A stretch of DNA of 64,000 bases from Phoronis australis (GCA_002633005.1 NMRA01000101.1:434001-498000), one strand, 5' to 3'; shown: positions 49,201 to 61,400, counted from the first letter of the stretch. Numbers and translations: made by a program. The notes: generated by a model from the letters alone, not told the origin.

Positions 49201-50714
49201 AAACATCTTTCAAAGGTTTCTGTTTATTCGATTACTTAGTTACATTTAGCCGACTTTATGACCAGGTGGTTTACCAAGCAAGACTTACGAGAGATATTGT
49301 CATGTATTTTAAATGAGAACACGTGACGTTGACTAGATTTCAGCTAGGTCCTAGCATAGGTCCTAGTGTTAGTGAAGGCATGCCAGCTCTTGTTGTACCG
49401 GGTCTGATTTTACCAACCTGGTGTAACTGTCAGAATGCCTGGTTTAGTTAGATCAGGTTGTAGGTTTAGTAACTCCAGCATTAAGGTATCCAAGACCCTC
49501 TAATGTATTGATCTGCATTAATCTCGACAAAAGAACTACTGACAGAAGCGCTTCAAGGGAACCTTTATCATGCGGATATAAATGGCACACAGCAGTACAG
49601 TTAAAGCTGCCATTTGCTAGTGGTCCTGATGCCAATAAATGGGTTGAAAAAGGTCTGAAAACTTTTCTTATGAAGAAAAATGTTTCCCCACAGAACTGAT
49701 TAGTGGAAAAAGCTAATGTTATAGAGAACAAAAAAAAAACTGATGTCAAATCAAGTTGGCCTAAGCATCAGACTTGGAGAGACATTGGTCCACCAAAAAG
49801 AAATTATCACCGTAAACAGCTTCAAAGAAACTTTCCATTGGGGGACCCGAATGAAGGTGAAAGTCAGCCAGGAAAATCAGGTGGTGCTGACCAGAGATGG
49901 TGCCTGTGTCGTCACAAAATTGAGAATAGTCCATTCTTGTTCAAAAATGGCGTCACGGATGCAACATCTTTCTGCTGCAAGAATCACGCAAGGCTGCGTC
50001 AGGCATTTTAAACAGTGTTAAACCTGGGTTTGGCCAGGTCTATTGTTAAACCTGGGTTTGGCCAGGTCTATTGTTAAACCTGGGTGTGGCCAGGTCTATT
50101 GTTAAACCTGGGTTTGGCCAGGTCTATTGTTAAACCTGGGTTTGGCCAGGTCTATTGTTAAACCTGGTTTAAGATCTTAATGCATGTCTGAGGAATTGAC
50201 TTCGATTGTGAAATGAAAAGCAGCTTAAACCAGGTTTAAACTGGAGTTAGAGCAGGTTTTACTGACAACTGGTCTAAAAGTTAAACCATCTTTATGAAAT
50301 GCAGATTATCTTTAATCTTGGTTTAAGTCCAATTTAAACCAGATTTAACTTTAAACTACCTTGATGAAATTGGCTGCAAATGTCAGACCTGAACGCAAAA
50401 TATAAATGAACGAAATTATCAGTTTGTTTTGAAAAACTTGCATTTAATTTGCTCCATTTTATTCACTATAACTTGCCAGGAATTCCAAACTATATTTGGT
50501 ACACTGCTATGTATTTGCAGGTCAAGCGGGTTTCTCTGTCTACAAATATGTTCCATATGGCCCTGTGGAGGAGGTGTTGCCGTACTTGTCTAGGCGGGCA
50601 CTGGAAAACCGTGGAATGTTCAAGAAAGTAAAGAAAGAACAACACATGATGTGGCAAGAAGTGAAACGACGCTGCCGCCAGGGGGTGTTCTTTGACAGAC
50701 CGTCTCTGCACTAG
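18934..50714 (+). CDS. PRODH: Proline dehydrogenase 1, mitochondrial (PRODH/sluggish A-like); whole-gene span, 13 coding exons, 617 aa
   Basis: All 12 introns are GT-AG with matching phases; spliced CDS 1854 nt; motifs [83 protein letters not shown]. Confidence 0.97.
20931..21404. mobile_element. Kolobok-like non-autonomous element (copy B)
   Basis: ttga|AGGGAAGTGAGG ... CCGTCACGCCCCT|ttaa. Confidence 0.45.
21730..21938 (+). CDS. PRODH: PRODH exon 2
   Basis: tttcag|[10 protein letters not shown]...TFYGHFVAG...ILDYSAE..|gtatgt, phase 2 exit. Confidence 0.95.
22803..23037 (-). mobile_element. tRNA-derived SINE (duplicate of 11370-11604)
   Basis: A and B boxes on the minus strand; same family as 45735-45933. 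Confidence 0.75.
24069..24100 (+). CDS. PRODH: PRODH exon 3 (32 nt)
   Basis: tttcag|(R)[10 protein letters not shown](G)|gtagat; resembles the SCTSA segment of vertebrate PRODH and bridges phase 2 to phase 1 exactly. Confidence 0.88.
24590..25245 (+). mobile_element. CR1/L2-type LINE 3' fragment
   Basis: [14 protein letters not shown]...[32 protein letters not shown] stop, then an AT-rich 3'UTR-like tract and A-rich tail. Confidence 0.75.
26219..26371 (+). CDS. PRODH: PRODH exon 4
   Basis: ttgtag|[50 protein letters not shown]|gtaagt. Confidence 0.95.
26371..27009 (+). repeat. 66-bp minisatellite, ~10 units, each starting with GGTAAGT
   Basis: GGTAAG at 26371, 26437, 26503, 26569, 26635, 26701, 26767, 26833, 26899 and 26970; degenerate continuation at 28681-28780. 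Confidence 0.97.
27014..28676. mobile_element. Kolobok DNA transposon, internally deleted non-autonomous copy
   Basis: ttaa|AGGAGAATGCCACC ... GGCGGCATGCTCCT|ttaa (12/14 TIR match, TTAA TSD); THAP-like remnant on + (~27250-27375) and KolX-like N-terminus on - (27578-27415). Confidence 0.85.
29796..29860 (+). CDS. PRODH: PRODH exon 5
   Basis: ttgcag|(G)[21 protein letters not shown]|gtaagt; absent from the ORF track. Confidence 0.95.
31611..33858 (+). mobile_element. 5'-truncated, decayed Tx1/L1-clade LINE (reverse transcriptase pseudogene)
   Basis: [69 protein letters not shown]; AATAAA and A-tail at 33835-33858; candidate TSD GAAAGCTG at 31603-31610 and 33859-33866. Confidence 0.88.
38220..39037. 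mobile_element. Non-autonomous element with terminal hairpin and internal/terminal inverted repeat (Crypton-like architecture)
   Basis: Hairpin 38220-38336; TTTATACCACA (38339) is the inverted repeat of TGTGGTATAAA (39027-39037). Confidence 0.5.
38879..38948 (+). pseudogene. tRNA-like relic (Pol III A/B boxes)
   Basis: TGGTGTAGTGG ... GGTTCGAAACC at tRNA-like spacing; stems imperfect. Confidence 0.45.
39217..39404 (+). CDS. PRODH: PRODH exon 6
   Basis: tttcag|[14 protein letters not shown]...[10 protein letters not shown](G)|gtaaat. Confidence 0.93.
39959..41623 (+). repeat. ~830-bp direct duplication centred on assembly gap N40783
   Basis: 39959-40782 is near-identical to 40784-41623. Confidence 0.92.
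42007..42088 (+). CDS. PRODH: PRODH exon 7
   Basis: tttcag|(G)[27 protein letters not shown]|gtaagt; phases 2 to 0 fit. Confidence 0.92.
42355..42740 (+). repeat. ~33-bp minisatellite with a 65-bp dimeric core
   Basis: GGATCTGAGGG at 42496, 42561 and 42626; monomer gggatctgactgtcacatgatnatcaattggg. Confidence 0.85.
43773..43865 (+). CDS. PRODH: PRODH exon 8
   Basis: ttgcag|[31 protein letters not shown]|gtacct. Confidence 0.94.
44351..44497 (+). CDS. PRODH: PRODH exon 9
   Basis: tttcag|[49 protein letters not shown]|gtatgg. Confidence 0.97.
44615..44945 (+). repeat. Degenerate ~30-bp tandem repeat
   Basis: Recurring aacatccatacaaagccctgtcaataactctt variants. Confidence 0.65.
45107..45640 (+). 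repeat. 58-bp minisatellite, ~9 near-identical units
   Basis: Unit acatcacattgtactaacataccatgtactatttacattcattacatgtattacactt. Confidence 0.97.
45735..45933 (+). mobile_element. tRNA-derived SINE
   Basis: GGAGGCAGTGTGGCCTAGTGTGATGG...GGTACGAGTCCC head; body ...TTCCAGGTGATCAGTGCAATGGGCCCA...CTGCGCACGT shared with the 11370 and 22803 copies. Confidence 0.75.
46039..46134 (+). CDS. PRODH: PRODH exon 10
   Basis: ttgtag|[32 protein letters not shown]|gtactc. Confidence 0.97.
46503..46690 (+). CDS. PRODH: PRODH exon 11
   Basis: cttcag|[25 protein letters not shown]...[16 protein letters not shown](R)|gtggga. Confidence 0.95.
48289..48377 (+). CDS. PRODH: PRODH exon 12
   Basis: tttcag|[29 protein letters not shown]|gtaagt. 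Confidence 0.96.
49248..50375 (+). mobile_element. PIF/Harbinger-derived element with Myb/SANT-like gene relic
   Basis: [18 protein letters not shown]../[17 protein letters not shown] (~49650-49790, frameshifted) fits the Harbinger Myb/SANT pattern; imperfect TIRs agccgactttatgaccaggtggttta / taaactaccttgatgaaattggct. Confidence 0.6.
50019..50167 (+). repeat. 28-bp tandem repeat, ~5 units
   Basis: Unit aaacctgggtttggccaggtctattgtt. Confidence 0.95.
50521..50714 (+). CDS. PRODH: PRODH exon 13 (terminal)
   Basis: ttgcag|(G)[31 protein letters not shown]...PSLH TAG. Confidence 0.97.
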
Positions 50715-51351
50715 ACGACCTATTGCATAATTGTAGGAATCTTTAAAATTTGTAAAAAATATTTATAATTGTGATCAGATCACTTAAATGCTGGAACACA
50801 ACATCCGTAATTGTGTCAAGAGAGTTGCAGTAAATCTATCTTTGGATAAAAACTTTTGATTAAGATCATTTACTGACTTGTCTTAAATTGTTTCTTTTTC
50901 ATATAGAAGTGACTTCGTTCTTGTAGCGATAAAAACTGATAGTCAGTGATTGCTTGAGTTGAGACTCAATGAGTTGGTGATTAGTGTAATGGGCTGGCCT
51001 TGTGGCCTAAACACGCCTGGTGTACCGCAGAAGGCATCAAGCCACCTGCATTTTTTTTCAATGAGCTGCCTTTACATGTTGAATCATTTTTATGGACGCA
51101 AAACAATAAACCTGCAGCTGATTCAAAAGGCTGGTTCCAAGATGGAATGCCTAGATTTATTGCTAGGTGGTATATTGGATGTAGTTGTTATGGCAGGCAA
51201 AATGACTCGGCTAGTTAGGCCAACTTATCGAGTCTGATATCAAACACAAAATTAACGAAGAGTCATTTGTTTTGTAGTCTCAACATTACTTTTAATCTGA
51301 GTTAGGAATATGTGGAAACCAGTTGGCTCTGCTTTCACTGTAACATTGTTT

Positions 51352-51610
51352 TGTAGATTGGAGATGCATTTGTGTTGGACTGCCCTCTAGTCAATGTGGA
51401 ATTCTGTGGGTTGGAGATACACAAGTGTTGTACTGTTAGTCAATGTGGAACTCTGTAGGTTGGAGATATACATCAGTGTTGGACGGCCCTGTGTAGTCAA
51501 TGTGACTCATTGTAGGTTAAACATACATAAGTTTTGGACTGCACTCTGTTGTCAATGTGATTCCTTGTAGGCTGGAGATACATGAGTGTTGGACTGCACT
51601 CTGTAGTCAT
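51352..51610 (+). repeat. Degenerate ~50-bp tandem repeat in the putative PRODH 3'UTR
   Basis: ~5 copies of tgtaggttggagatacat..gtgttggactgcactctgtagtcaatgtg. Confidence 0.75.
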
Positions 51611-54600
51611 CGTGGTATCATTGTCACGTCTTGTCACTGATTCTCGATAATTGGATTTATCTCAATTTCTTGCTAACAGCGCATTACAGTCGCCCAGTTG
51701 GACTCTACTGTCCGTTTTCTCAAAATATGCATTGCAATTGTGGTTGCCGTCTTAGATCGTCTTCACATTGGGGGTTTCAGATACCTCAATAACAAATTAA
51801 AGTACTTTGAAAACTGTTTTGGCCCTAATCAGGACAAAACATTTATCAAAAACTTAAGGCAGACTTAAAATCTCTTTCTTTAAACTGTCTTGAGTCAAAT
51901 TTAAGTTTTATCTTAAAGTTTAAGATTTGTCTTAGCTATTAAAGTCAGTTTTGTTGGAACGGGCCCCAGGGCTCTGTTTAAGTCTCAAGTTTGATTGTTG
52001 GCATGATGTCAACAGATCTGTACAACAAGAACTTGATGGTATGACAGCATTTTATTTAAGTTTAAGTTAAGACTAAAATAGTTTCATGAAACGGAACCCA
52101 AGTTATTTCTGCAGTCATTTGTTTCTACAATTCTTTGTTATGGAATTGTCAAACACTATTTTCTGTGGTCATACCCCAATCAGTTTCTTTTATCTCTGAC
52201 ATTTTTTGTATTTGACAAAGTAATCTCTTGAATGCCTATAGTGTGTCACTGTCACAGTAGGCTGTGTAACCTATTGAAATGTGACCCACCTGTCCAATAA
52301 CAGTTCTTGCAGGTTCAGTGTGACAATTCAGCTATTTGTCTTGTGCACTATGATCGTTTTCGTTGGTGACTGGTGTAATTAGTATGGAGAAATTATGCCT
52401 CCTGAAGGGATAGTTATTATTGACACACGCACGCACACACACACAATGTACATTCTACAAATATTAATATATGTATATGTGTGTGTTTTCACCATTTCTG
52501 TACATGATTTTGTAACCCACTGTTCACTTTGTTCTGCGTTTAACTAATATTATGTAATACGTTATACAATGGTGTGAAACACAAAGTGTCAGTAGCTTTG
52601 GAATCTCTTAGCTTATGCAATGAGGTCAGGAGTCTCCTTTATGCCAATGCATTTATTGCTTTCTTACATGTAGGACATTTTCTTGGTGATATTTTTATTG
52701 TTAAATACTAATATATTTATCCCTATACTTTTTATTAGTTAAGACATTGGATGTATAGTATCAGTCTATTTTTCTGAAAATTTACTTTCCTGACTGTGTA
52801 CGTGTATCGCACCTTTTTAATGTTAAAGTTGACTGCCAACTCGTTAGGCACATAATCCATTACCTTAAAAATATGTATTTTGAACTTGAACAATTTCCTT
52901 ATTTTCTGAAAGTTTTAAATTTCTATAAAATAGCATAATCGGTAATACAATCCCAAACAACAAATTTTAGTAGTTTGGAATAATGTTTAACTGAAAACAC
53001 CATTAAAACATCGGCATGTCATGTTGCTGTATTGAAGTTAGCTTTGACAGTCGTTTTCTGACCTATGCAGATGATGGGTCTTGGCAAATCCTGATCCGAA
53101 TGATTTCTGATCCAACCTGATGTAGGCATCTGGGGTCTCAGTGTTGATGTTAGCGCTTTCCTGTTTCTTAACACAGGATTCATTTTATTGCTTCTGAAAT
53201 TTTACTCTCATCTCATTGGCGCGAGATGCTACCTGACCAGTAACTAAAGTGCATTTTTCCGTTGGTCAGTCACTCTCAGTTTACCAAGCACGAAAGGGCC
53301 AGCACTTAACATGAGTTTTTGGGCTGGAAAAAAGGTCTTGGTAGCTCTTCTACCATATGTACAAAACCTGAAAATTTGAACAGTATATTGGACTAAAGAT
53401 GTCAAAAACCTTCCACAAAGTCTATTGAAACTGGTTCCAAAGTCAAGTTTACATCTTTTACGACTTCTGGAAGTGCAACCGGCGTTTAAAAACGAGCTAA
53501 CATACACCAAATTGTCAATTACTGTGAATTTAAAGTCAGTGCATTCGCCGGACTGTTCAGACTGTCAAAATTCCTGATTACAGAAATCTGAAGTGGATGT
53601 TGACCAACCAGATTTTTTACAAATCCAAAGCCTGTCTGAAGGGTAACCGAATTTCTTGCTGAATTCCAATTTTCTGCTTGTTTGCAAGCAGTAAAGGTAT
53701 AACGAAAGCCAGAACTGAGCAAGAAATGGGTCAAGGGGTCATTGACTGGCAGTCTTTCACTCAGAACTGATGCAAAAATCATTCCTATCCTTTACTGCAG
53801 CACAAAACTAGGCTGGCACCAATTTTAGAGAAAGTGGGTATCTGAATTGAACTGTATGTGGCTAAAAAGCTGCCGAGTGGCATGAAAGCCTGATATGTTA
53901 CATTGTACTATGGTACTTGCAGTACACCTCTTCTGTCTGCTGCTAATATCAAGAAGCATAACTGTTTACCTTAATGAACATAATATTAATACGCGCATGC
54001 ATCGCGACACCTTGCGTACATAGAGATGAACATGTTGTGATATAGATGTCCTGACGTGCATGTATGGAGATAGACATGTATGGTGGTGACGTACATCTAT
54101 CATGATGTGTACCTAGATGTACATGTATTGTCAGTGATAAAGTAATTATGTAAACATTGTTATTTGTTCTGTGACAGACTGTCCTTATGACATGTGGATA
54201 ATGTATTGAATCAATAAAACTTTGTTTCTGGCTGGTCCTCATCTTGAATCTCATCAATGTTAACTTGCCAAGTCCAAATCACGGAATAACAGTAACAGTG
54301 ACACCCGTTATGCAGCACCACATATTTCAAAATGGCCACTATATATGCGTGAAAGATTTTTACAGCAAAAGCTTATACCAAGGTCTATGTCTCTGTATCC
54401 AAAATATTGTTTATTCAAAGAAATTTGTTTCAAATCTTTCAGATATTAACTTTCGGGTGCAGGTGGCTGCCCTTTATACAAGGGCATACGTTGTCTACAA
54501 TCTTCAACACCACATTTGGTTTGATGGAGCATTACAGCTGAGATTAGATCACCTGTGAAGTTCACTTACTGTCTTTAACAAGTTTGGTGTAACCAGTAGC

Positions 54601-55376
54601 AACAGCTGAAACTTGCAAAATATGTCTTACTAGTCTCATACTGGAAAGCTAGCACATTACTAATTTAACCCGACATGAATAGTGTATACTGTTTGGAAGG
54701 AAAATAAAGAAAATTGCCTTAAAAACAATTTAATGAGCATTCCCAGTAAAACCAGACGTGAAAATGATGAGTTTTCAGCTGAAAAACTGAAATTGAGTTG
54801 CAAATAAATGCAGTACGTCTTGACATGTTACTTGGGCAAGATTATGTCCTACACTCAACGGGCCATATAGCTGAGAATGTTATAAAAATGGGATGTGCCT
54901 TCACGTTTCCCTACAGATGTTCCATTCATACTGTTTATAAGGTCAGCACTCTACATACCACAGTTTAATTTCATAATGCAGTAACATTCTAAGCAGTACA
55001 ATGTACCAGGAATCGCAACCCACCTCGTAACACTAGATTAGCTCAGAGCATAACCATGGATGAAAGTTTAGATACCTTTGGATTTGCGAGCGTTTCAAGC
55101 TGACAGCTAAATCTTGCGCACTTGGAAACGACCTGCTCGAGACACCATTGTCAAGGTGATTAACACGGAATATCCCTTTCAAGCATGGTTTTACGATTAG
55201 CATATAGATGTATGCGTCTGATTCTAAGCAGACGGGCCTAAATACATGCATATACGGTACACAATTTTGAAAAGATTAACAACACTACAGCACCAGTGTT
55301 TCACAAAGAACTAGTGTTTGCCAAATGCCAAGGTAATTGTGTTCATTCCTTGAATTGCACACTGCTGTCATAAATA

Positions 55377-55460
55377 TCATGAGTCAACGGCTGGAGAATC
55401 CTCTTTTAGAACTGCTTTGCGACTTGCTTTTAACATGGCTCGAACTTTTGAAAGCATATC
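55377..55460 (-). CDS. SFSWAP: SFSWAP terminal exon
   Basis: ttgcag|[30 protein letters not shown]; resembles the vertebrate DLMAKVRAMLAAS terminus. Confidence 0.9.
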   Translation of the reverse strand, partial: DMLSKVRAMLKASRKAVLKEDSPAVDS

Positions 55461-58400
55461 CTGCAAAAAGAAGTGAACATGTAATGCAGGAGAACACAAT
55501 CCTGGTAGTATACACACATATACCTTGACGTGACTATAGCATTAATTCAACTAAATATGTTAAACACTGATATTAACCTTCAAATAACAAATTCATTTTC
55601 ACGAACGCGCAGAATAATTATTGCCTTAAACAAATATTCACCGATGACACTTGTTTTCCTTCATCACCAGCTGCACATGATACCTCCCCATCTGTTGCTA
55701 AGTGACCATCACTGAGCCGAGAACAGCTGCTGCTGTAACAAACAAGCATCGAGTCCACAAAGAGCATACTACTAGTTTCCGTGTAACCAACAGGGCTGTT
55801 TTGGACAATTTGGGGATTTCATCTACGATGCTGCTATCATTGTTAGAGAGTGGAACGGTTGTCGACTCGTAAACATCCAGACAGAGTGTAATTACAGGAA
55901 ACTCGGAGTCCTGTAAATTGTAAAGAAAATCAAACCATTGAGATACTTTGCACTTAAGCATTCGTGCCTGGTCCTACTTTTTCATCGTATCTACCCATGA
56001 ACAACAAGAGTGACAAAGTGGCGTCATGTCATGCGCCACTTCAGATTACTTTTGCCAACACTAGACTCATGTTTAATTGGTTGCATATAATTGCTGTTTC
56101 CACTGCAAGATGAAGTTAATGTACAGATTAAGACAGAATCAAATTGTGATTCATGTGTGTGTTGCACAAACGTGCATGCGAAACTGCATAGTGGCTCCCT
56201 CTACATCTGTACTAACTCAAACTGCACAGTGGCTCCCTCTACACCTATACTTACTCAAACTACACGGTGACTAGACCAGTACTTACTCTTCAGTTGGTCT
56301 CTCAAAATTAGTGGAGTCATCACCACCAAGCAGGGCCTTCACTAAACCCGACGGCCTGGTTGCATTAAGCCTTGCTAATGCTCCTGGTGATGGAGACTTG
56401 ATGAATTCCTCATCAGATGAACTGAAACATAATCTACAACTAGATAAAACTAAACATCATATCTCAGAGATGGCTGATTGGATTCTGGTGAAACTTTCAC
56501 ATACTATACTTTGTGCACTGCTAGGGTTCCACTTTTGCATGACGGGCAAAACTTGGACTTGAGGCAAACAGCTCAGCTTCTAGTTTTCCGTCAATGATGC
56601 CATCAAGTAATAACAAAACTACAGAGTTAACAGATACAGGGCTTGGAATGACCAATGACAAAAAACGCGGAAACTTTGAAACATTTACGGCCCAAATCAT
56701 GCCCGATAACCAGCCTTGAAATGGTCGATGTGAACCTTTCCCCGACAAAAATCGGGAGGACTAAAAAAAAAAAAACGTTACCACCATCAGTAGCATGCGT
56801 CTGCGTCCTTTTAGCTCGCCCGTCCACTCCCAACCCACACATTTTTGGCTGCAGAGCGGTACTATTTGTCGCCGCGCTTAACACTAACACGACCAGACGC
56901 CATTGAAAATCACACCACACTGTCCCAGAAGCCCCGGCAATGTTGACAATTTACGTTCCTCCGAAACATAAAGAGCAACTTCCGCTTTTCGAGGTGAACG
57001 TCGTCTGCAACGCCGCGGTAAGAAAGGAATTTGCCGCGGAAATTTTATATCAAATCCGATTTTTTTACGCGGAAATATTATAAAAAAAGCGGAAAGCACA
57101 TTTGAAAAAAGCGGAAATCCGCGTTTCCGCGGAAAATTCCAAGCCCTGCAGATAGCAAGCAAGAAGGTGCTGTCTATTCAAGATAACTTTGATATAATGC
57201 AGACTAGGAACTTGTGAAATGGTTGTGCATATTCTTCATGAAAGGTTGCTAAGTCACATGACACTGACAGTGATCATGTCAACAGTCAAGTCATTGATGT
57301 CACATGACACTGACAGTGATCCCGTCAACAGTCAAGTCATTGATGTCATATGACACTGACAGTGATCCCGTCAACAGTCAAGTCATTGATGTCATATGAC
57401 ACTGACTGGTCTTGCCAGAGCACCATTTTGACTAACGCTTAAACAAGAAATTAACAATTAGAAACTTTCAACTTCATCACTTGCTTTATATGCAAAATTA
57501 AGACAGAAAATGCTACCTAGTGGCACTCGTGGGAACTAATGTTTACCTTGAAGAACTGCTCTTGCTTCTTCGTTGCCCTCGAGATTCTATCACTTTGTTA
57601 TCAGACCTTGAACTGCGTGACCTACTGTCTGACCTTTGTGACCCACTGCGTGACCTATGTGACCCACTGTGAGACCTCTGGTGGCTACTGTGTAACCTCC
57701 TTGACCTAGATGGCGACTTTCTTGATAATGATCTACTGGACTTCTTCGTAGAATCTGAATCTGAACTTGAAGCACGACGCTTTCTTTTCTTAGGAGGTGT
57801 TTTGGACTTTGACCTTCAAAACAACGATCTTCATACAATGAGGTTGAGATACACCAATTGGAGTGTGCTTTTTATTTCACAGTGAATGTTAACTTAGACA
57901 GAAAGTACGAGAAGAAAAGAAGGACTGACTTAATTTGCAAGTAACGAGAGCTGAAGGTAAAAGTGAGAGTAGAGTGAATTCCCAGATGTTTGAATAGCAA
58001 AGAGAAATGCTTGATCAGAACGGAGTAGAATTGAGAGAAATTGTTACATTTTGACCAATATGAAACTAAAACATCACATCAGATTTTCCACTCTCAACAA
58101 GGAGAAATTGACGGATAGTAAAACTTAAGAAGCAAACAAAAATAACCCATACAAAATTGCCATAAGGGGGTGCCACAACAGTCACAACTGTCCGAAAATT
58201 AGTGTGAGACGTGGTTTTCTGCTTAGGAGAACGTCTGCCAAGTTTCATCATAATCCATTGAGCATTTTGACAGCAAAAACAGATTAGGTAGCACAAACTA
58301 CATCATGTCCATTCCAAAATGGAAAGGCCTAGGATTCAGTTTAATACAAACCTATTTGAAAAATTACATGAAAATCCATACATAAACTCCGTAGACACAG

Positions 58401-61400
58401 CGGTTAACACAAAAACTAATTTGATCACTCAATTACAACTCCCAAATTTTTGCATTAAAAATAATGAACTGACTTCAAGATCATCAAATTACATCTGTGC
58501 GATTTACCAAAACCAGTAGGTGCAAACTATGAACACCCTGGGACTGTGCCCGGCTTTAGCTGTTTTAATTGTATTAAATTGTTACTAAAAAGCATTATAA
58601 GCCAACTCAATCATCGAAGACAAAAAGCGTACAAAACTACAAGTTAAACCAATAGTCTTCTGTGACACACTGCAATCGCAAAGTGTTCTAACCTACCTGC
58701 GAGACACAGCAAATGCTTTAGGAGGCGTCTTTCTCCGTTTATTTCTTGGAGATGGTGATTTATATTTTGATGACTTAGTGGATGAACCATCACGGCTTTG
58801 TTGTAGAGGACTACGTGAATGTCCAATACGGTAATAGGCTGGAGATCTTGACCTTCGTCTGCTTGGAGAGCGGGATGGGGAATGTGTACGTGAAGATGAC
58901 CGCGTACGTTGAGAGGGCGATGAGTAGGGCGATGGTGAATGAGTACGACTATGGGGCTGGTCATGACCTAGAAACAAATCATCTGTCCTGATGACTAGTT
59001 CACTTTAGCTGTCATGTTATGGCGAGTTTATCTCAGGTCACACCCCAACGGACCACACCACAACACAAGCCCCTCACACCCCAGTACACCACCCCCAACC
59101 TCACAAGCCAACCCCACACCCAGTTAACCACATCCCCACATAACAAGCCTCCTCACACTTAAAAACGCCACATTAAATGTAATTTTGTGGACGCGCAGAA
59201 ACACAACTTACGGTACACATACAGTAGTTGTAATTTCACGTAAATGAAAGTCCCTTGAAAAGTGCAACGGCAAAGTCGCATTTTCGGTTGTGTTAGCATA
59301 CTAGTATGGACATTTTGAAAATGATTCAAAAACAAGTCTTGAGAAAACGTTGCGTGAAACAGAGACTTGTGGCCAGGACTTTAGACTTGCGACTAATGAC
59401 TCATAGGTCCAAGCTTAGGCGAACAATAACAGACGAACACGATAAAACTGGGTCTACAAATGGCTAGTCAGCAGCAAAGAGCATTGAGTTCGGAACTGCA
59501 GTTGGCAGTGTGGTTTGGTAAAACTCATCAAACCAGCTGACTATTTTTGCGACCAATCGCAGATTTGTACCTGATCAGTTAGATAAAAATTTGGAACCTG
59601 TGCTGTAATTTTATCCCACCATTATCTCCCCTCACATCTCTACAGTAGTAATGACCAGTTACTTCTCACCTCACCACTACAACACTACATTCCTTCATAC
59701 AAGCATAGACTATAGTACATGGACCGTTAACTCCGTACAGTTTCAATGGACGATATCTATGATCTTATGCATAAGGCATGACATCATTATTCACTAGCGA
59801 CACTTGGCAAAAATAGCAAGTTTTACTTCCGGCAAGTACGTAGTCTGCTAATCATGGTTGGCTGTTGTGTGGTCGGCTGTTTGACAACACAAGTGAAATG
59901 TAAGTTTCCACAGCACTGAAGTTTGAATTTTGCAATTGCATGACCACTAGCATTGCCAAAAGTACTCATGATACCAACAGTTCTACTATTGGAAAACTTT
60001 GAACACATTTCAATGTCGAATTTTTTTTACTTGTACTAGACAGTAAAGTAGATGCGAAAATTTCCCATCACAATATACTAACCGGAAACTGAAATTGGTA
60101 ATTTAGGAGGGTGGCGCCTCCTCTAGGATATTTCGCAAGAAAATGTCGGAGTTGCGAATCTGTTATCCATAATCTATGATACAAGAGACCGTCAGCCAAC
60201 TACCTGAAGTTTCCTTGAATTCCCCGCTGTTCTTCACCATGTTAATAAACAGTGCCGCCTTCTTCTTCCGCTCAGCTTGTACTTGCTTCTCCTTGTTCAC
60301 CTGCGCCATTTTCTCCCGGGCAGCGGCGGCTAACTTATCTTTGAGCCTTTCCTCGGCTAAAAAGAACCACGCAAACTGACAGATACCCCATTTTTAATTC
60401 TTTCGACCTCAATTGACACAATTCTAATACTAATTGACACAAATCAAAAGTTGAGTCTAATTGGGTTGTTGTGTCAATTAAGGCCAGCTCAAAGCTTCAC
60501 AACAGAGGGGGTTAATATAAACACAATATATCATGTCTGCTCAATGCCAACTTCGATTTACTATCAACATACCTATCTTCTTCTCTACTAATTCTGGTGG
60601 TGGTTGATCAAACATCACACTGTCTAATTCATCCGCAACTGTCTTGCTTGTTCCACCTTCTAAAACAGATGGAAGAACTCCGTGAAACGAGCAAATTTAC
60701 ACGAGGTATAAGGACCAAGGTGTATGAACTGCAAAATATTGAAATACACAATGTAACAGTGCTCGATGCTTATGACACGGAAAATCCCAGGTCACTAAAT
60801 AAAATCTTAGGTCCCCAAAACTGATGTTGAAATTGTCGAAAAAAAGGCACGTGTCTCATGGTCGGATCTTGCCCGATTTTTTGCCAAACAATTCCATCTG
60901 TTTACTTCCTGTTCTAATTTGATTTGTGCTGACTGTTGAGGGTGGCAACTGCACTAATTTCATGAAATAAACAAATCACTTGTGAAGCAAAGGTTAGTAT
61001 TAAATTTAGGAAAAGTGTTAGTAATTTAAAGTTTAATAGGAAGTCAACGTACACTTTGAAACAAATTTCGGAGGAATTATTGTCTGACTTTGATACTCGC
61101 TGTAGTGACTTTCTGGCTACTTGGGATTATTCCCGGGTACCCAACACAATAGAAAGTTGTACCGCAATACTAGAAAATGGCACACATATTACATAATCAT
61201 AAAGACATGAAGAGAACTTGAATGTTGATTATTAATCAAATAAATTATATTAATTGCCATGTTAATTTGAATAATGCACTTATTAAACAATTATTTTCAA
61301 TTCCTTTTATTTTATAGGTGAGATGTTTTTGGACATACATACTGAAAGGGAGCAATGGAAATTGGGAGGGATTGGAGAGGAGAGGAAGGGAAGACACACA

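Noticed and set aside
55698-55961. Possible SFSWAP exon starting at 55910 (ttacag|GACTCC)
   Set aside because: In the required phase 2 it hits TAA after five codons; the 55684-55732 exon fits instead.
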